A stretch of 60,602 nucleotides of DNA. It comes from Chloroflexota bacterium. Its GTDB lineage: Bacteria > Chloroflexota > Limnocylindria > Limnocylindrales > CSP1-4. The position numbers were made by a program, and so were the translations under genes. Where the stretch lies: NCBI GenBank assembly GCA_016200665.1, contig JACQEG010000073.1, forward strand, positions 1 to 60,602. Direction: 5' to 3'. The notes under the pieces were generated by a model, which did not search any database, had not been told where the DNA came from, and worked only from the letters and a program-made list of their open reading frames with translations. The number at the start of each line of letters is the position of its first letter. Position 1 is the stretch's first letter. Shown in pieces: positions 9,345 to 18,910 of the stretch.

Positions 9345-9848
9345 ATGCTCCTCGGCATCGCGGCCGTCGCCGTCGGGTGCGTCGCTCCCCGCCGCGCACC
9401 GACCTACCCACCCGCCGGGGTCACGCAGCCACCCGCCGCCGGCCGCACGGACGCCGCGCAGGTCGCCGTCGTCCAGGCGCTCACCGCGGCAGGCTTCGCG
9501 GCCGGCGAGCCGCAGCAGCCTTACCGGCCCCCCGAGGACGCCTGGTTCGCCGCCGCGTCCCGGACGATCGTCCAGGTCTCGGTGCTGAACGAGACGACCC
9601 CGCGCTTCGTTGCCCTGTACGCATTCGACTCGGCGGCCGACGCCGCGATCGCCGCCGCGGACCAGGCGAGCTACGTCACCAGCGGGCCGGGCCGCCTGTT
9701 CTTCACCGGCGACACGCGGTTCACGATCCGCCTGCTCGGATCGGTTGCGGTCTTCTTCGCCTGGGCGCCGGGGACCGCCGATCCGAGAGCGGCGGACATC
9801 CAGGCCGCGCTCGAGACGATCGGCACGGCCGTCGCGATCCCGGCCTGA
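9345..9848 (+). CDS. Hypothetical lipoprotein
   Basis: Hydrophobic leader with lipobox AVGC and a Pro-rich linker. Start uncertain (could be about 9300). Confidence 0.7.
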   Translation: MLLGIAAVAVGCVAPRRAPTYPPAGVTQPPAAGRTDAAQVAVVQALTAAGFAAGEPQQPYRPPEDAWFAAASRTIVQVSVLNETTPRFVALYAFDSAADAAIAAADQASYVTSGPGRLFFTGDTRFTIRLLGSVAVFFAWAPGTADPRAADIQAALETIGTAVAIPA

Positions 9849-9852
9849 GCGG

Positions 9853-9900
9853 CCACTCCGGCCGGCAGTCCCACTCCGGCCCGCAGTCCCTCTCCGGCTC
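9853..9900. repeat. 18-bp tandem repeat, about 2.6 copies, between convergent genes
   Basis: ccactccggccggcagtc / ccactccggcccgcagtc / cctctccggctc. Confidence 0.8.
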
Positions 9901-11554
9901 AGCGAACCTCGAGCGGGACGTCGACGGCGGCCCACGACCGGATCCGATCGCGCTTCACCTTGAGGGTGTGGGTTCGCGGGAAGTCGGCCTCCGGCCACAG
10001 CCGCCAGGCCGCGATCCGCTGGTTCGGCCCCAGGTGGCTGTTCGCCTCCTTGACCGTGACGTCGATCGTCCGGCGGAGGTCCTCCGGCGGCACCGTCGGG
10101 TCGAATGGGAGGGCAGCGGCGGAGCCCGGCAGGCCGTGCGTGCCGGGCGCCAGGAGGATCGCCTCGATCCGGCCCGGTCGCGTCTCGATGACGACCGAAT
10201 CGCGGATCCCGGCGACGCGGAGGGCGTTCTCGATGTCCTCGGGGTACACGTTGAACCCGTTCGGCAGGACGATCATGTCCTTCTTGCGGCCAGACAGGAT
10301 CAGGCGCCCCTCGGGGTCGAGGTGGCCGATGTCGCCGCTGCGGTACCAGCCGTCATCGGTGTAGGCCTCGGCGGTGCGCACCGGGTCGTCCCAGTAGCCC
10401 TTGAACAGCGGCCGGCCGCGGAACTGGATCTCGCCGTCCTCGGCGATCCGCATCTCGATGCCCTCGGGCGTGCGGCCGACGGTGCCGAGCCCGTGATCGT
10501 CGAGGGTCGTGCACGAGCCGGTCCCGGATTCGCTCGCGCCGTAGCCCTGCAGGACGATGACCCCGAGGTCCTCCCAGGCCTGCTGCAGGGCGGGCGGCAG
10601 GAACGCCCCTGCGGAGACGAACAGGCGCAGCCCGCCGCCGATGCGCTGGTGGACGCTCCGGAAGATGAGCCGCCTCGCCCAGATCGGGAGGGGCCGGGCG
10701 ATCCGCCGCAGTCGCTCGAAGCCGGCCCGGCGCCCGGACCGATCGACCTCGCGCTCGATTGCGCTCCAGAACAGGTCGAGGGCCTGCGGCACGAGGATCA
10801 TCGAGGTGACCCGCTCGTTGCGCATCGCCTCGAAGATCACCCGCGGGTTGAGGCTCCGGACGTAGAGGACGCTGGCGCCCACCGAGAGCGCGTACAGCAG
10901 CGCCACCGACTGCTCGAGGAGGTGCGACAAGGGCAGGATCGAGACGATCCGGTGCTCCAGGTGCGGGATGATCCGGTGGAAGGACTCGATCGAGGCCACG
11001 ACGTTGTCGTGGGCCAGCATCACGCCCTTCGGCGTCCCGGTCGTGCCGGACGTGAAGATGAGCTCCCAGACGTCCTCCGGCTCGGGCCGTGGCATGGCCG
11101 CCAGCTGCGCCTCCCAGTCGGCCGGGAACGATGCGTCCGGCTCGGCGGTGAGGTCCTCGACGGTCGAGGTCGGGAAGTGCTCGAGCCTCGCCTCGCGCGG
11201 ATCCGGGGCATCCCGGCCGGTGCCGATGACGAGCCGCTTGGCGCCCGACGTCGCGACGACGCCGTCGATCGCGTCGGCCGCCATCCGGAGGTCGAGCGGG
11301 ACGAGGATGAGCCGTGCCCGGATCGCCCCGAAGTAGACGGCCGGCAGCGCCGGCGTCGAGGGCGACCAGGTCAGGATCCGGTCACCGGGCTTGAGGCCCA
11401 GGGCCAGGAGCCGCCACGCGGCGATTCGCGAGCGCCGCGCCAGCTCCCGGTACGACCATCGCTCCGCCGTGCCGTCGTCGCGCCACAGCCCGAGCGCCGG
11501 TCGATCCCCGTTCTTCGCGACGGCCTCGTCCATCAGGTCGAGGAGGGTCTGCAC
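9899..11554 (-). CDS. AMP-dependent acyl-CoA synthetase (long-chain fatty acid-CoA ligase-like)
   Basis: FTSGTTGTPKGV, GYGASE, YRSGDIG, RKKDMI..NVYPEDIE, catalytic K in TLKVKR. Confidence 0.9.
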   Translation of the reverse strand: MQTLLDLMDEAVAKNGDRPALGLWRDDGTAERWSYRELARRSRIAAWRLLALGLKPGDRILTWSPSTPALPAVYFGAIRARLILVPLDLRMAADAIDGVVATSGAKRLVIGTGRDAPDPREARLEHFPTSTVEDLTAEPDASFPADWEAQLAAMPRPEPEDVWELIFTSGTTGTPKGVMLAHDNVVASIESFHRIIPHLEHRIVSILPLSHLLEQSVALLYALSVGASVLYVRSLNPRVIFEAMRNERVTSMILVPQALDLFWSAIEREVDRSGRRAGFERLRRIARPLPIWARRLIFRSVHQRIGGGLRLFVSAGAFLPPALQQAWEDLGVIVLQGYGASESGTGSCTTLDDHGLGTVGRTPEGIEMRIAEDGEIQFRGRPLFKGYWDDPVRTAEAYTDDGWYRSGDIGHLDPEGRLILSGRKKDMIVLPNGFNVYPEDIENALRVAGIRDSVVIETRPGRIEAILLAPGTHGLPGSAAALPFDPTVPPEDLRRTIDVTVKEANSHLGPNQRIAAWRLWPEADFPRTHTLKVKRDRIRSWAAVDVPLEVR

Positions 11555-11560
11555 GCGGCG

Positions 11561-11566
11561 AGCCTA
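11561..11566 (-). promoter_or_regulatory. -10 hexamer TAGGCT, 6 nt before the GTG start (probable leaderless transcript)
   Basis: Plus-strand AGCCTA at 11561-11566; start at 11554. Confidence 0.55.
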
Positions 11567-11595
11567 CGCCTCGGGCGGACGGTCGGAGTCGTCGA

Positions 11596-11627
11596 GCGGC
11601 GCCGGCATCGTTCGATGCCGGCGCCGC
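11596..11627 (-). terminator. Perfect 15-bp inverted repeat, probable terminator of the 11654-13249 gene
   Basis: gcggcgccggcatcg-tt-cgatgccggcgccgc, about 26 nt downstream of the stop; no U-tract. Confidence 0.65.
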
Positions 11628-11653
11628 GGTCAGGCGGGACCGATGGCCGGGCC

Positions 11654-13249
11654 CTAGTTGATGCCCTTGCCGGACAGCTGGGTCGAGATCGCCGTGTGGT
11701 CGCACGAGCCCGTGTTCGAGGCCGAGGCCGTGCAATTCGATGACGGCGTGTTGAGCGCGTCGTTCCGGTACTGGTCGTCGCTGTAGACGATCGAGGCGAG
11801 GCCGGTCAGCGGATTGATCGCGACGCCGAAGTCGTCGTACAGGTCGCGGTTGCCGGTGCAGGCGATGCCCGAGAGGCAGACCCCACCGTAGTGGACGATC
11901 GGGGTCGCCGCCGTCTGGCTGAACGAGGCCTTCGATGACGTCGCATTCAGGCTCTGGGCGAAGTAGACGGACCACGCGGCCGTGGCCGGGTAGCTGTCGG
12001 GCGGGTTGACGCCGTCGAAGTAGCTCGTGCCATACCAGACGATATCGATCTTGCCGGCGGCGCCGGCGACGCTCCACGGCATGATCGCCGTCGCCGACGG
12101 CGCCTTGTTGACCTGCTTCGGGGCGCTCCAGTGGACGCCTTGGTCGCTCGACCAGGCGTAGTAGACGTTGTGGTGGTCGCTGAAGACCGAGTAGACGTTG
12201 CCGGCGGCGTCGACGCTCACCTGGGTGAATTGGGCACCGTAGGCCACGGTCTTGTCGGGGTTCACGTAGACGACCCGATCGGTGAACGACTGGCCGCCGT
12301 CGGTCGAGACGGCCACGTACACCGTGTTGAGGCAGGAGAACCCGCCGCAGCCGGACGTGTCCAGGATGTTGGAGGGGCCGCTGAACGTCTGGTACATGAC
12401 GTGGCTGGCCGGGTCGATGGCGAGGTTGCCACTCGAGTTGTTGTCGCCCATCCACAGGTGATCGGCGTCGAACGCGCTGGCCGGCGGACCGAAGGTCGCG
12501 CCGGCGTCCGTGCTGCAATTGATCCAGTAGTTGGCATAGAGGTCGTGGTAGGAGACGCAGACCTTGCTCGCGCCGTCGGCCGCGATCCACTCGCGATCGT
12601 CGCCGGGGACCGATGCACTGACCGGGTTGAGCGACCAGCTCGTGCCGTTGTCCGCGCTCGTCGAGACGGAGACGTTCGCGAGCGTCAGGGACGTGACGTA
12701 GACGTTGTAGCTGCCCTGGGCATTGGCCGCGGGTGCAACGGCGACGTCGACGTCGCCGCCGCCGGGGGCGAAGCCCGAGTCCTGTGTCTGCGAGGCGTCG
12801 TTCGGGCCGGGCAGCGACGCGAAGTGGCGCCCGCCATCGGTCGACTTCCAGGCGATCGTGCCGCTCGTGACGCCGTTCTCCGACGCGGCCCAGAACGTCC
12901 CGTCGCGGCCCGCCCGGATCATCGGCTCCGCGGCGAGGTTGCTGCAGCGAGCCTGGGCCTCGGGCGTCGCGCCGGGGCACACGCTGCCGACCGCCTGGGG
13001 CGGGGTCGCCGCGAGACCGAACGTCGTGAACGTCGGGCCGGATCCGCCGGCCCCACCACCCCCGCCCCCGCCGCCTCCGCCATGGCCGGTGCCGGCCGCT
13101 CCGACCGGTGCGACGGACCCGCCGATCAGGATGGCGGCCGAGACCACGACGAGGGACGGACGCGCGACCGCTCGCGCGATTCGACTTGGCACCACCGCAG
13201 GCGACCTCCAGAATTCGGGTTGGCGGCGGATTGATATCGCCCCGGTCAT
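11654..13249 (-). CDS. Secreted Asp-box (BNR) beta-propeller protein, sialidase-like fold
   Basis: Signal-like hydrophobic segment, poly-Gly linker, five Asp boxes ([45 protein letters not shown]). Start uncertain. Confidence 0.75.
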   Translation of the reverse strand: MTGAISIRRQPEFWRSPAVVPSRIARAVARPSLVVVSAAILIGGSVAPVGAAGTGHGGGGGGGGGGAGGSGPTFTTFGLAATPPQAVGSVCPGATPEAQARCSNLAAEPMIRAGRDGTFWAASENGVTSGTIAWKSTDGGRHFASLPGPNDASQTQDSGFAPGGGDVDVAVAPAANAQGSYNVYVTSLTLANVSVSTSADNGTSWSLNPVSASVPGDDREWIAADGASKVCVSYHDLYANYWINCSTDAGATFGPPASAFDADHLWMGDNNSSGNLAIDPASHVMYQTFSGPSNILDTSGCGGFSCLNTVYVAVSTDGGQSFTDRVVYVNPDKTVAYGAQFTQVSVDAAGNVYSVFSDHHNVYYAWSSDQGVHWSAPKQVNKAPSATAIMPWSVAGAAGKIDIVWYGTSYFDGVNPPDSYPATAAWSVYFAQSLNATSSKASFSQTAATPIVHYGGVCLSGIACTGNRDLYDDFGVAINPLTGLASIVYSDDQYRNDALNTPSSNCTASASNTGSCDHTAISTQLSGKGIN

Positions 13250-13341
13250 TCCGGCGACACCCCGGAAGCGGCCTCCGGCCATTACGGATCGCTCGCGACC
13301 CAGCGAGCCGCGCGGCCGGTGACAGGCTCGGGGAGAGGGGC

Positions 13342-13347
13342 TACACT
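13342..13347 (+). promoter_or_regulatory. -10 hexamer TACACT upstream of rpsU
   Basis: Hexamer about 100 nt upstream of the rpsU start. Confidence 0.4.
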
Positions 13348-13450
13348 CCGGCGGCTCCGGGCGGCGTCAACCGCGGGAGCCGGACCGCGCCCGTCGGGCC
13401 ACGAGCGCGAAGGCCGTCGCAGACCACAGCCCGAGGGGGTGAATCCGGGA

Positions 13451-13636
13451 TTGGCAGAAGTCCGAGTTGGTGAGAACGAGACGTTCGAAAGCGCCCTGCG
13501 TCGCTTCAACAAGAAGATCCAGCAGAGCGGCATCCTCGCGGAGGCTCGCCGGCGCGAGCACTACGAGAAGCCGAGCGTGAAGCGGAAGCGCAAGGAAGCG
13601 AAGCGCAAGAAGAACGCGCGTACGCCGCAGGGCTGA
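13451..13636 (+). CDS. rpsU: 30S ribosomal protein S21
   Basis: [20 protein letters not shown]...[19 protein letters not shown] start preceded by GAGGGGGTGA. Confidence 0.96.
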   Translation: MAEVRVGENETFESALRRFNKKIQQSGILAEARRREHYEKPSVKRKRKEAKRKKNARTPQG

Positions 13637-13705
13637 TCGGACGGCGGTCTCGATGACCGGTCCGGGCGCGATGCGCCCAGGCCGCGACTGCCAGGTGCCG
13701 AACCC

Positions 13706-14161
13706 GTGACCCTTCGCCAGCGCCTCAAGGACGAGATCACGGCCGCGATGCGGTCGGGTGAGGTGCTGCGCCGCGACACCCTCCGGATGGCCGAGAACGC
13801 CATCTACAACGGCGAGAAGCGCGACCGCCGGACCTACGACGACGACGAGGTCGCGGCCGTCATCGCCAGGGAGGTCAAGACCCGCCGCGAGTCGGTCGAG
13901 GCCTTCCGGGCGGGCGGGCGCGAGGACCTCGCGACGAAGGAGGAGGCCGAGATCGGGATCCTCGGCGCCTTCCTGCCCGCGCAGCTCAGCGACGTCGAGC
14001 TCGACGCCCTCGTCACCGAGGCCCTCGCCGCCACCGGCGCGGCGTCGCCGCGCGACATGGGCAAGGCGATGGGCTGGCTGGCGCCCCGGACGCGAGGCCG
14101 CGCCGACGGCCGGCGCGTCAGCGAGGCGGTCACCCGCCGCCTCGCCGGAGCTGCCTCGTGA
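13706..14161 (+). CDS. yqeY: GatB/YqeY domain protein
   Basis: LKDEITAAMRSG, RRESVEAF..GGREDLA.KE.AE, DMGKAMG, GRADG motifs; follows rpsU. Confidence 0.92.
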   Translation: MTLRQRLKDEITAAMRSGEVLRRDTLRMAENAIYNGEKRDRRTYDDDEVAAVIAREVKTRRESVEAFRAGGREDLATKEEAEIGILGAFLPAQLSDVELDALVTEALAATGAASPRDMGKAMGWLAPRTRGRADGRRVSEAVTRRLAGAAS

Positions 14162-16350
14162 CCGCCGCCGCAACCCCGGATCTGAGCCGGCCCGAGGCGA
14201 TCCTGCCGGGCGGCCGCGACCTGATCCGCCTGATCGTCACCGCCGGCACGCTCATCCTCGCGATGACGGCGATCCTCGGGGTCGACCTCTCGCCACGGCT
14301 GAACCTCCAGGTCGGCGATCTCGCCCCAACGGACATCAAGGCCCCGAAGGCGATCTCGTTCACGAACCCGATCCTCACCGCGCAGGCCCAGCAGGCTGCC
14401 CGCGACCAGGTCCCGTTCCAGTACGACTTCACCTCCGAGCGGGCGATCGCGATCTCGACCGAGCAGCTCGCCGCCTTCGGCCGCCGGGTCCTGCCGCTCG
14501 ACACCGCGTTCGATCCCAGGACGACCGCAGCGCAGCGCCAGTCGCTCCTCGACCAGGCCCTGCCGGACCTCACCGCCGAGACCCGCACGACGCTCCTCAG
14601 CCTCGACGCCAAGCGCTGGACCGCGGTCCGGACCGAGGCCGTCCGGATCCTCGACGTCACCGAGCGGACCGAGCTGCGCGACACGGAGGCGGCCGATGTT
14701 CGCCAGCACCTCACCGAGCGGATGGCGGGTGGCCTCTCGGACAGCGAGCGCCAGCTCGCCGCCGAGCTGATCTCGCCGCTCGTCGTCCCGAACAGCTCGT
14801 TCAGCCAGGCCCTCACCGACAAGGCCAGGGAGGATGCCGCCGCGGGCGTCACGCCGGTGATCGATCGCTTCGTCCAGGGCCAGGTCATCGTCCGGCTCGG
14901 CTCGAAGCTCGACGACGTCGACATCGCCAGGATCCACGCGCTCGGCCTCGATACCGCCGCGCCGGACGTCGCCGGGGTCGGCGGCTGGTTCCTGCTGACG
15001 GGCCTCCTCGTGCTCCTGCTTCTCGGCTGGATCTGGCGGTTCCGGCGGGCTTTCTGGCACCGCAGCAACGTCCTGCTCCTGCTGGCGCTCCTCGTCCTGA
15101 TCGCAACGTTCGCGGTGAAGCTCACCGCCGGGCGTGCCGCCATGCCATTCGCCCTGCCGGTCGCAGGCATCGGCATCCTCGTGACGGTGCTGCTCGACGC
15201 CGAGATCGCGGTCGTCGTCACCGCGGTCGCGGCGATCCTCACGGGCGCCGTCAACGGGCCGTCGCTCGAGCTCGGGACGTACGTCCTCCTGGGCGGGATC
15301 GCGGGGATCCTCGCGATTCGCCGGGGCGATCGGCTCGCGACGTTCATCCAGGCCGGGGCGGCGGTGTTCGTGGCCCAGGCCATCGTCGTGACGGCGTTCT
15401 CGCTGCTCGGCGAGCGCGACCCGACCGGCGTCCTCCAGCTCATCGGCGCGGCGGGGCTGTCCGCCGGGATCGCCGCCGTGGCGACGATCGGCAGCTTCGC
15501 GGTGCTCGGCAGCGTGTTCGGGCTCCTGACGGTGTTCCAGCTCCTCGAGCTCGCGAACCCGTCACAGCCGCTGCTGCGGCGCCTCCTCATCGAGACGCCG
15601 GGCACGTACCACCACTCGCTGATGGTCGGCAACCTCGCCGAGCGCGCGGCCGAGGTCACCGGCGCGGACCCGCTCATCACCCGCGTCGCGGCGTACTACC
15701 ACGACATCGGCAAGCTCGCCAACCCGGCGGCGTTCATCGAGAACCAGGCCGGCGGCGAGAACGTCCACGATCAGCTCGCGCCGGAGGAATCGGCCCAGAT
15801 CCTCAAGCAGCACGTCGCCGATGGGATCGATCTCGCGTATCGCTCGCGGCTGCCGAAGCCGCTCATCGCCTTCATCCCGCAGCACCACGGGACGGCGATC
15901 ATGAGCTTCTTCCACGCCAAGGCCCGGGAGCTCGCGGCCGAGCCCTACGGCGGGCCCGGGAGCGAGGATGGCCGGCGCGCGGCCGAGGCCGTCGACCCTC
16001 GCCGCTACCGCCATGCCGGCCCGAAGCCGCAGTCCCGCGAGGCGGCGTTGATCATGCTTGCCGACGGCGTCGAGGCGTCCGTCCGCTCGCTCTCGTCGCG
16101 GGACGAGCCGGCGATCCGGTCGATGGTCCAGCAGATCATCGAGGAGCGGATGAGCGACGGCCAGTTCGACGAGTGCGACCTGACGCTGCGCGACCTCAAG
16201 CGGATCGAGGATGCGTTCGTCGCTCAGCTCCTGGGCATGTACCACCAGCGCGTCGCCTACCCGCAGAACAAGGTCGTCGAGCTCGAGTCGCGGCGGGCGG
16301 CCGCGGGTGGCGATCGCCGGGGCGACGGTGGCCCACCCGACCGAGCCTGA
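14158..16350 (+). CDS. 7TM-HD (HDIG) phosphohydrolase, PgpH-like cyclic-di-AMP phosphodiesterase
   Basis: Extracellular domain, 7TM region, then PGTYHHS..YYHDIGK..QHHGT..MLAD.VEA; located before ybeY. Confidence 0.88.
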   Translation: MTAAATPDLSRPEAILPGGRDLIRLIVTAGTLILAMTAILGVDLSPRLNLQVGDLAPTDIKAPKAISFTNPILTAQAQQAARDQVPFQYDFTSERAIAISTEQLAAFGRRVLPLDTAFDPRTTAAQRQSLLDQALPDLTAETRTTLLSLDAKRWTAVRTEAVRILDVTERTELRDTEAADVRQHLTERMAGGLSDSERQLAAELISPLVVPNSSFSQALTDKAREDAAAGVTPVIDRFVQGQVIVRLGSKLDDVDIARIHALGLDTAAPDVAGVGGWFLLTGLLVLLLLGWIWRFRRAFWHRSNVLLLLALLVLIATFAVKLTAGRAAMPFALPVAGIGILVTVLLDAEIAVVVTAVAAILTGAVNGPSLELGTYVLLGGIAGILAIRRGDRLATFIQAGAAVFVAQAIVVTAFSLLGERDPTGVLQLIGAAGLSAGIAAVATIGSFAVLGSVFGLLTVFQLLELANPSQPLLRRLLIETPGTYHHSLMVGNLAERAAEVTGADPLITRVAAYYHDIGKLANPAAFIENQAGGENVHDQLAPEESAQILKQHVADGIDLAYRSRLPKPLIAFIPQHHGTAIMSFFHAKARELAAEPYGGPGSEDGRRAAEAVDPRRYRHAGPKPQSREAALIMLADGVEASVRSLSSRDEPAIRSMVQQIIEERMSDGQFDECDLTLRDLKRIEDAFVAQLLGMYHQRVAYPQNKVVELESRRAAAGGDRRGDGGPPDRA

Positions 16351-16933
16351 CCGGACTCGCGCGCTCTACGTCGGGGCCTGCCGGATCGACCTGGTCCGGC
16401 GGGGCGGCACCGCAAGGCTCCTGAGCGACGCGCGCCTGGCGCGTTCGGCCACCCGGGCGCTCGAGGCCGCCGGGGCGCCGACCCCGGCGAGCGTGACGAT
16501 CGTCCTCACCGACGACGAGGAGCTGCGGGACCTCAACTTCGCCCACCTGGACCGGGACGAGCCCACCGACGTCCTGTCCTTCCCGATGCTGCCGCCCGAA
16601 GCGTACCCGCCACACCCAGGTTCCTTGCCCACCCGCGCCGGCGCCGCTCCGGCCGCGGGCGCTCACGGACCCGCGACCCCCGGGACGGCTGGCCCCGCTA
16701 CGTCCGGCCGGACGCACATCGGCGACGTCGCGATCTCAGTCGAGCGGGCCATCGACCAGGCGGAGGCGGGCCGTGGCGGCCAGACCGGCGACATCCGCTG
16801 GTCGCCCGCGGACGAGCTTCGGCTGCTCGTCACGCACGGCGTGCTCCACCTCTGCGGCTGGGACCACGCCGAGTCCGCGGAAGAGGCGGCGATGCGCGCT
16901 CTCGAGCAGCGCCTGCTGGCCGAGGGCCGTTAG
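16328..16933 (+). CDS. ybeY: rRNA maturation endoribonuclease YbeY
   Basis: LN..H.D.DEPTDVLSFP, IGDVAIS, HGVLHLCGWDH zinc motif. GTG start inferred. Confidence 0.92.
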   Translation: MAHPTEPDRTRALYVGACRIDLVRRGGTARLLSDARLARSATRALEAAGAPTPASVTIVLTDDEELRDLNFAHLDRDEPTDVLSFPMLPPEAYPPHPGSLPTRAGAAPAAGAHGPATPGTAGPATSGRTHIGDVAISVERAIDQAEAGRGGQTGDIRWSPADELRLLVTHGVLHLCGWDHAESAEEAAMRALEQRLLAEGR

Positions 16934-18810
16934 GGGAACCGCGAGGCAGCTGGCGGCGGCGTCGCCACGGCGGGCACGAGGTACCAGTCCTCGGCGTTCC
17001 AGGTGACAGGCCCACCTGGGTCGGAGAAGAAGTTCCCGAGGCCCGGTTGGCCGGCGGATGGAATTCGGACGAGGGCGACGTCCTTGCGGGACCCGATCGG
17101 GATCTCCACGACGGCGCTGGCGATCGCCTCCTGCAGGTGGTCCATCGCCACCTTGATCGCCGCAAGGTCCACCGTGGACGCGACCGCGTCGATCGCGTCA
17201 TCGATCGCGCGGATGCTGACGCGACCATCGTTCTCCCCAACCGGCTCGATGAAGCCGCTGTGGTACCGGAGCCGGAAGTCGAGGGGGTCGTAGAACGAGG
17301 TCAGCGCCATCACCGCGGCGTCGTAGTTGCCCTGCGGCACCGAGCACTCGGTCGGGGCGGCGGAGGGACGGCTGGCCGCGGTGAGCGTCGAGGACGGGAC
17401 GAACCGGAGCTCCATGGCGATGCCGATCGAGGATCCGGCCGTCCGGACGATGCCGGCTGCGGCGCGGTGCCGGGCGTCGTCGGTCGTGCAGAGGCGAAGG
17501 ACGGCGGGCTGGCCGTCAACTGACCGTACCAGCCGTCCCCCGGTCATCCGCCAGCCACCCTGGTCGAGGGCCGCGAGCGCGTTGTCCCGGCTGAGGGGAT
17601 CGCGGGCGATCTCCTCGTAGAACCATGCCTGCGGGGCCACGACGCCCTGGGCGACCTGCTCCTCCCCGTCTGGCCCGAGTGCGTCGGCCAGCGCCGTCGT
17701 ATCGATCACGAAGGCAAGGGCCCTGCGGATCGCCGCGTCGCCCGCGACGGGGCTCGCGAGATTGAAACGAAGGGTGTCGTAGGCGAATCCCGGGGCGGCC
17801 GCGATCTCGTCCCGCAGCCCGGCGGATTCGAGGCTCGGGATGTCGGCCCATCCGAGATCGGTGGCCAGGTCGATGTCGCCGGCCCGGAATGAACCGACGA
17901 GCGCCGCGGCGGTCGGCAGGACCCGGATCGTCAGCCCGTCCAGGTGAGCGCGGGCGGCACGATGGCCCGCGCGATAGCCCTCGTTTCGCACGAGCTCGAA
18001 CGTTGAGCCCGCAACTCGCGATACGTGGAACGCGCCCGAGGTCGGCAGGGTCACCAGCTCGGTGAGGCTGAACGGAGATCCGGATTGCAGATCGGCGACC
18101 GACCGGGCCTCCAGCGCATGACGTGGGAGGGGGATGAGCGCGTGCGTGATGTACGCCTCGAACGGCGACTCGTACCGAATCACCATGACGTCGGGATCGA
18201 CGCAGTCGACGGCCGAGATCGGACCGTAGACGGGCTGAAGCTCCGGCGCGACGTCGCGCAGCCAATCGGCGGTGTACTGGAAGTCGGAACAGGTCAGCGG
18301 GGTCCCATCGGACCAGGTGGTGCCCGATCGAAGACACCACAGGACCGACATCGGGCCGCCGAGGGCGCCATCGCCGCTGAGCTCCACCATGCGGTTCATG
18401 AGCGTCGGCACCCGCACCGCAAGGTCCGGAGCGGCCTTGTAGTCGGCCGTCCACATCGTCAGCCCGGACCACGTCGCCTCGGTCAGCACGGTGTCGCGAG
18501 GGTCGACCGCTCGCAGCGGATCGAAGATCTCCGGCGCCCTGAGGACACCGACGGTCACGTGGCCGCCGTCGGAACCCGGGGAGGGGGAGTAGCTCGAGTT
18601 GAAGATGTCCACGGGCTCGGTGACGCCGCTCGGCAGCGGCGTCTCGAACGAGCCCGGGTCCCGGCACGCCCTGACGGGGTCTGAGACCAGGCTCTGAGCG
18701 GACGGTTCCGGCGAGGCGAGGTGACCCGTCGGCACGGGCGTTGGGACCGTGGGGCTGCAGGCGGCCAGCAGCGCGATCGCGACCATGGCCAGGGCCCGGA
18801 ATCGGCGCAT
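16930..18810 (-). CDS. ABC transporter substrate-binding lipoprotein, family 5 (peptide/nickel type), orphan
   Basis: Lipobox LLAAC, SD GGAGG, and family-5 features (LRSGTTWSDGTPLTCSDF, SGAF.V, IRRALAFVID). No permease adjacent. Confidence 0.85.
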   Translation of the reverse strand: MRRFRALAMVAIALLAACSPTVPTPVPTGHLASPEPSAQSLVSDPVRACRDPGSFETPLPSGVTEPVDIFNSSYSPSPGSDGGHVTVGVLRAPEIFDPLRAVDPRDTVLTEATWSGLTMWTADYKAAPDLAVRVPTLMNRMVELSGDGALGGPMSVLWCLRSGTTWSDGTPLTCSDFQYTADWLRDVAPELQPVYGPISAVDCVDPDVMVIRYESPFEAYITHALIPLPRHALEARSVADLQSGSPFSLTELVTLPTSGAFHVSRVAGSTFELVRNEGYRAGHRAARAHLDGLTIRVLPTAAALVGSFRAGDIDLATDLGWADIPSLESAGLRDEIAAAPGFAYDTLRFNLASPVAGDAAIRRALAFVIDTTALADALGPDGEEQVAQGVVAPQAWFYEEIARDPLSRDNALAALDQGGWRMTGGRLVRSVDGQPAVLRLCTTDDARHRAAAGIVRTAGSSIGIAMELRFVPSSTLTAASRPSAAPTECSVPQGNYDAAVMALTSFYDPLDFRLRYHSGFIEPVGENDGRVSIRAIDDAIDAVASTVDLAAIKVAMDHLQEAIASAVVEIPIGSRKDVALVRIPSAGQPGLGNFFSDPGGPVTWNAEDWYLVPAVATPPPAASRFP

Positions 18811-18910
18811 CGTGCCTCCAGCGATGTGTACCGCCCTCGCGGCGCCGACGTTCATCTCCCCCTACCATCGCCGCAACGCCCCGTTGGACTCGTTCCCGGG
18901 GCCGTTCGGC

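Noticed and set aside
9853-9900. CRISPR array
   Set aside because: Repeats are directly adjacent with no spacers, under three copies, and there are no cas genes.
13048-13082. G-quadruplex or phase-variable tract in the poly-Gly linker
   Set aside because: Longest G runs are 5 nt and codons are mixed; adequately explained by a Gly linker.
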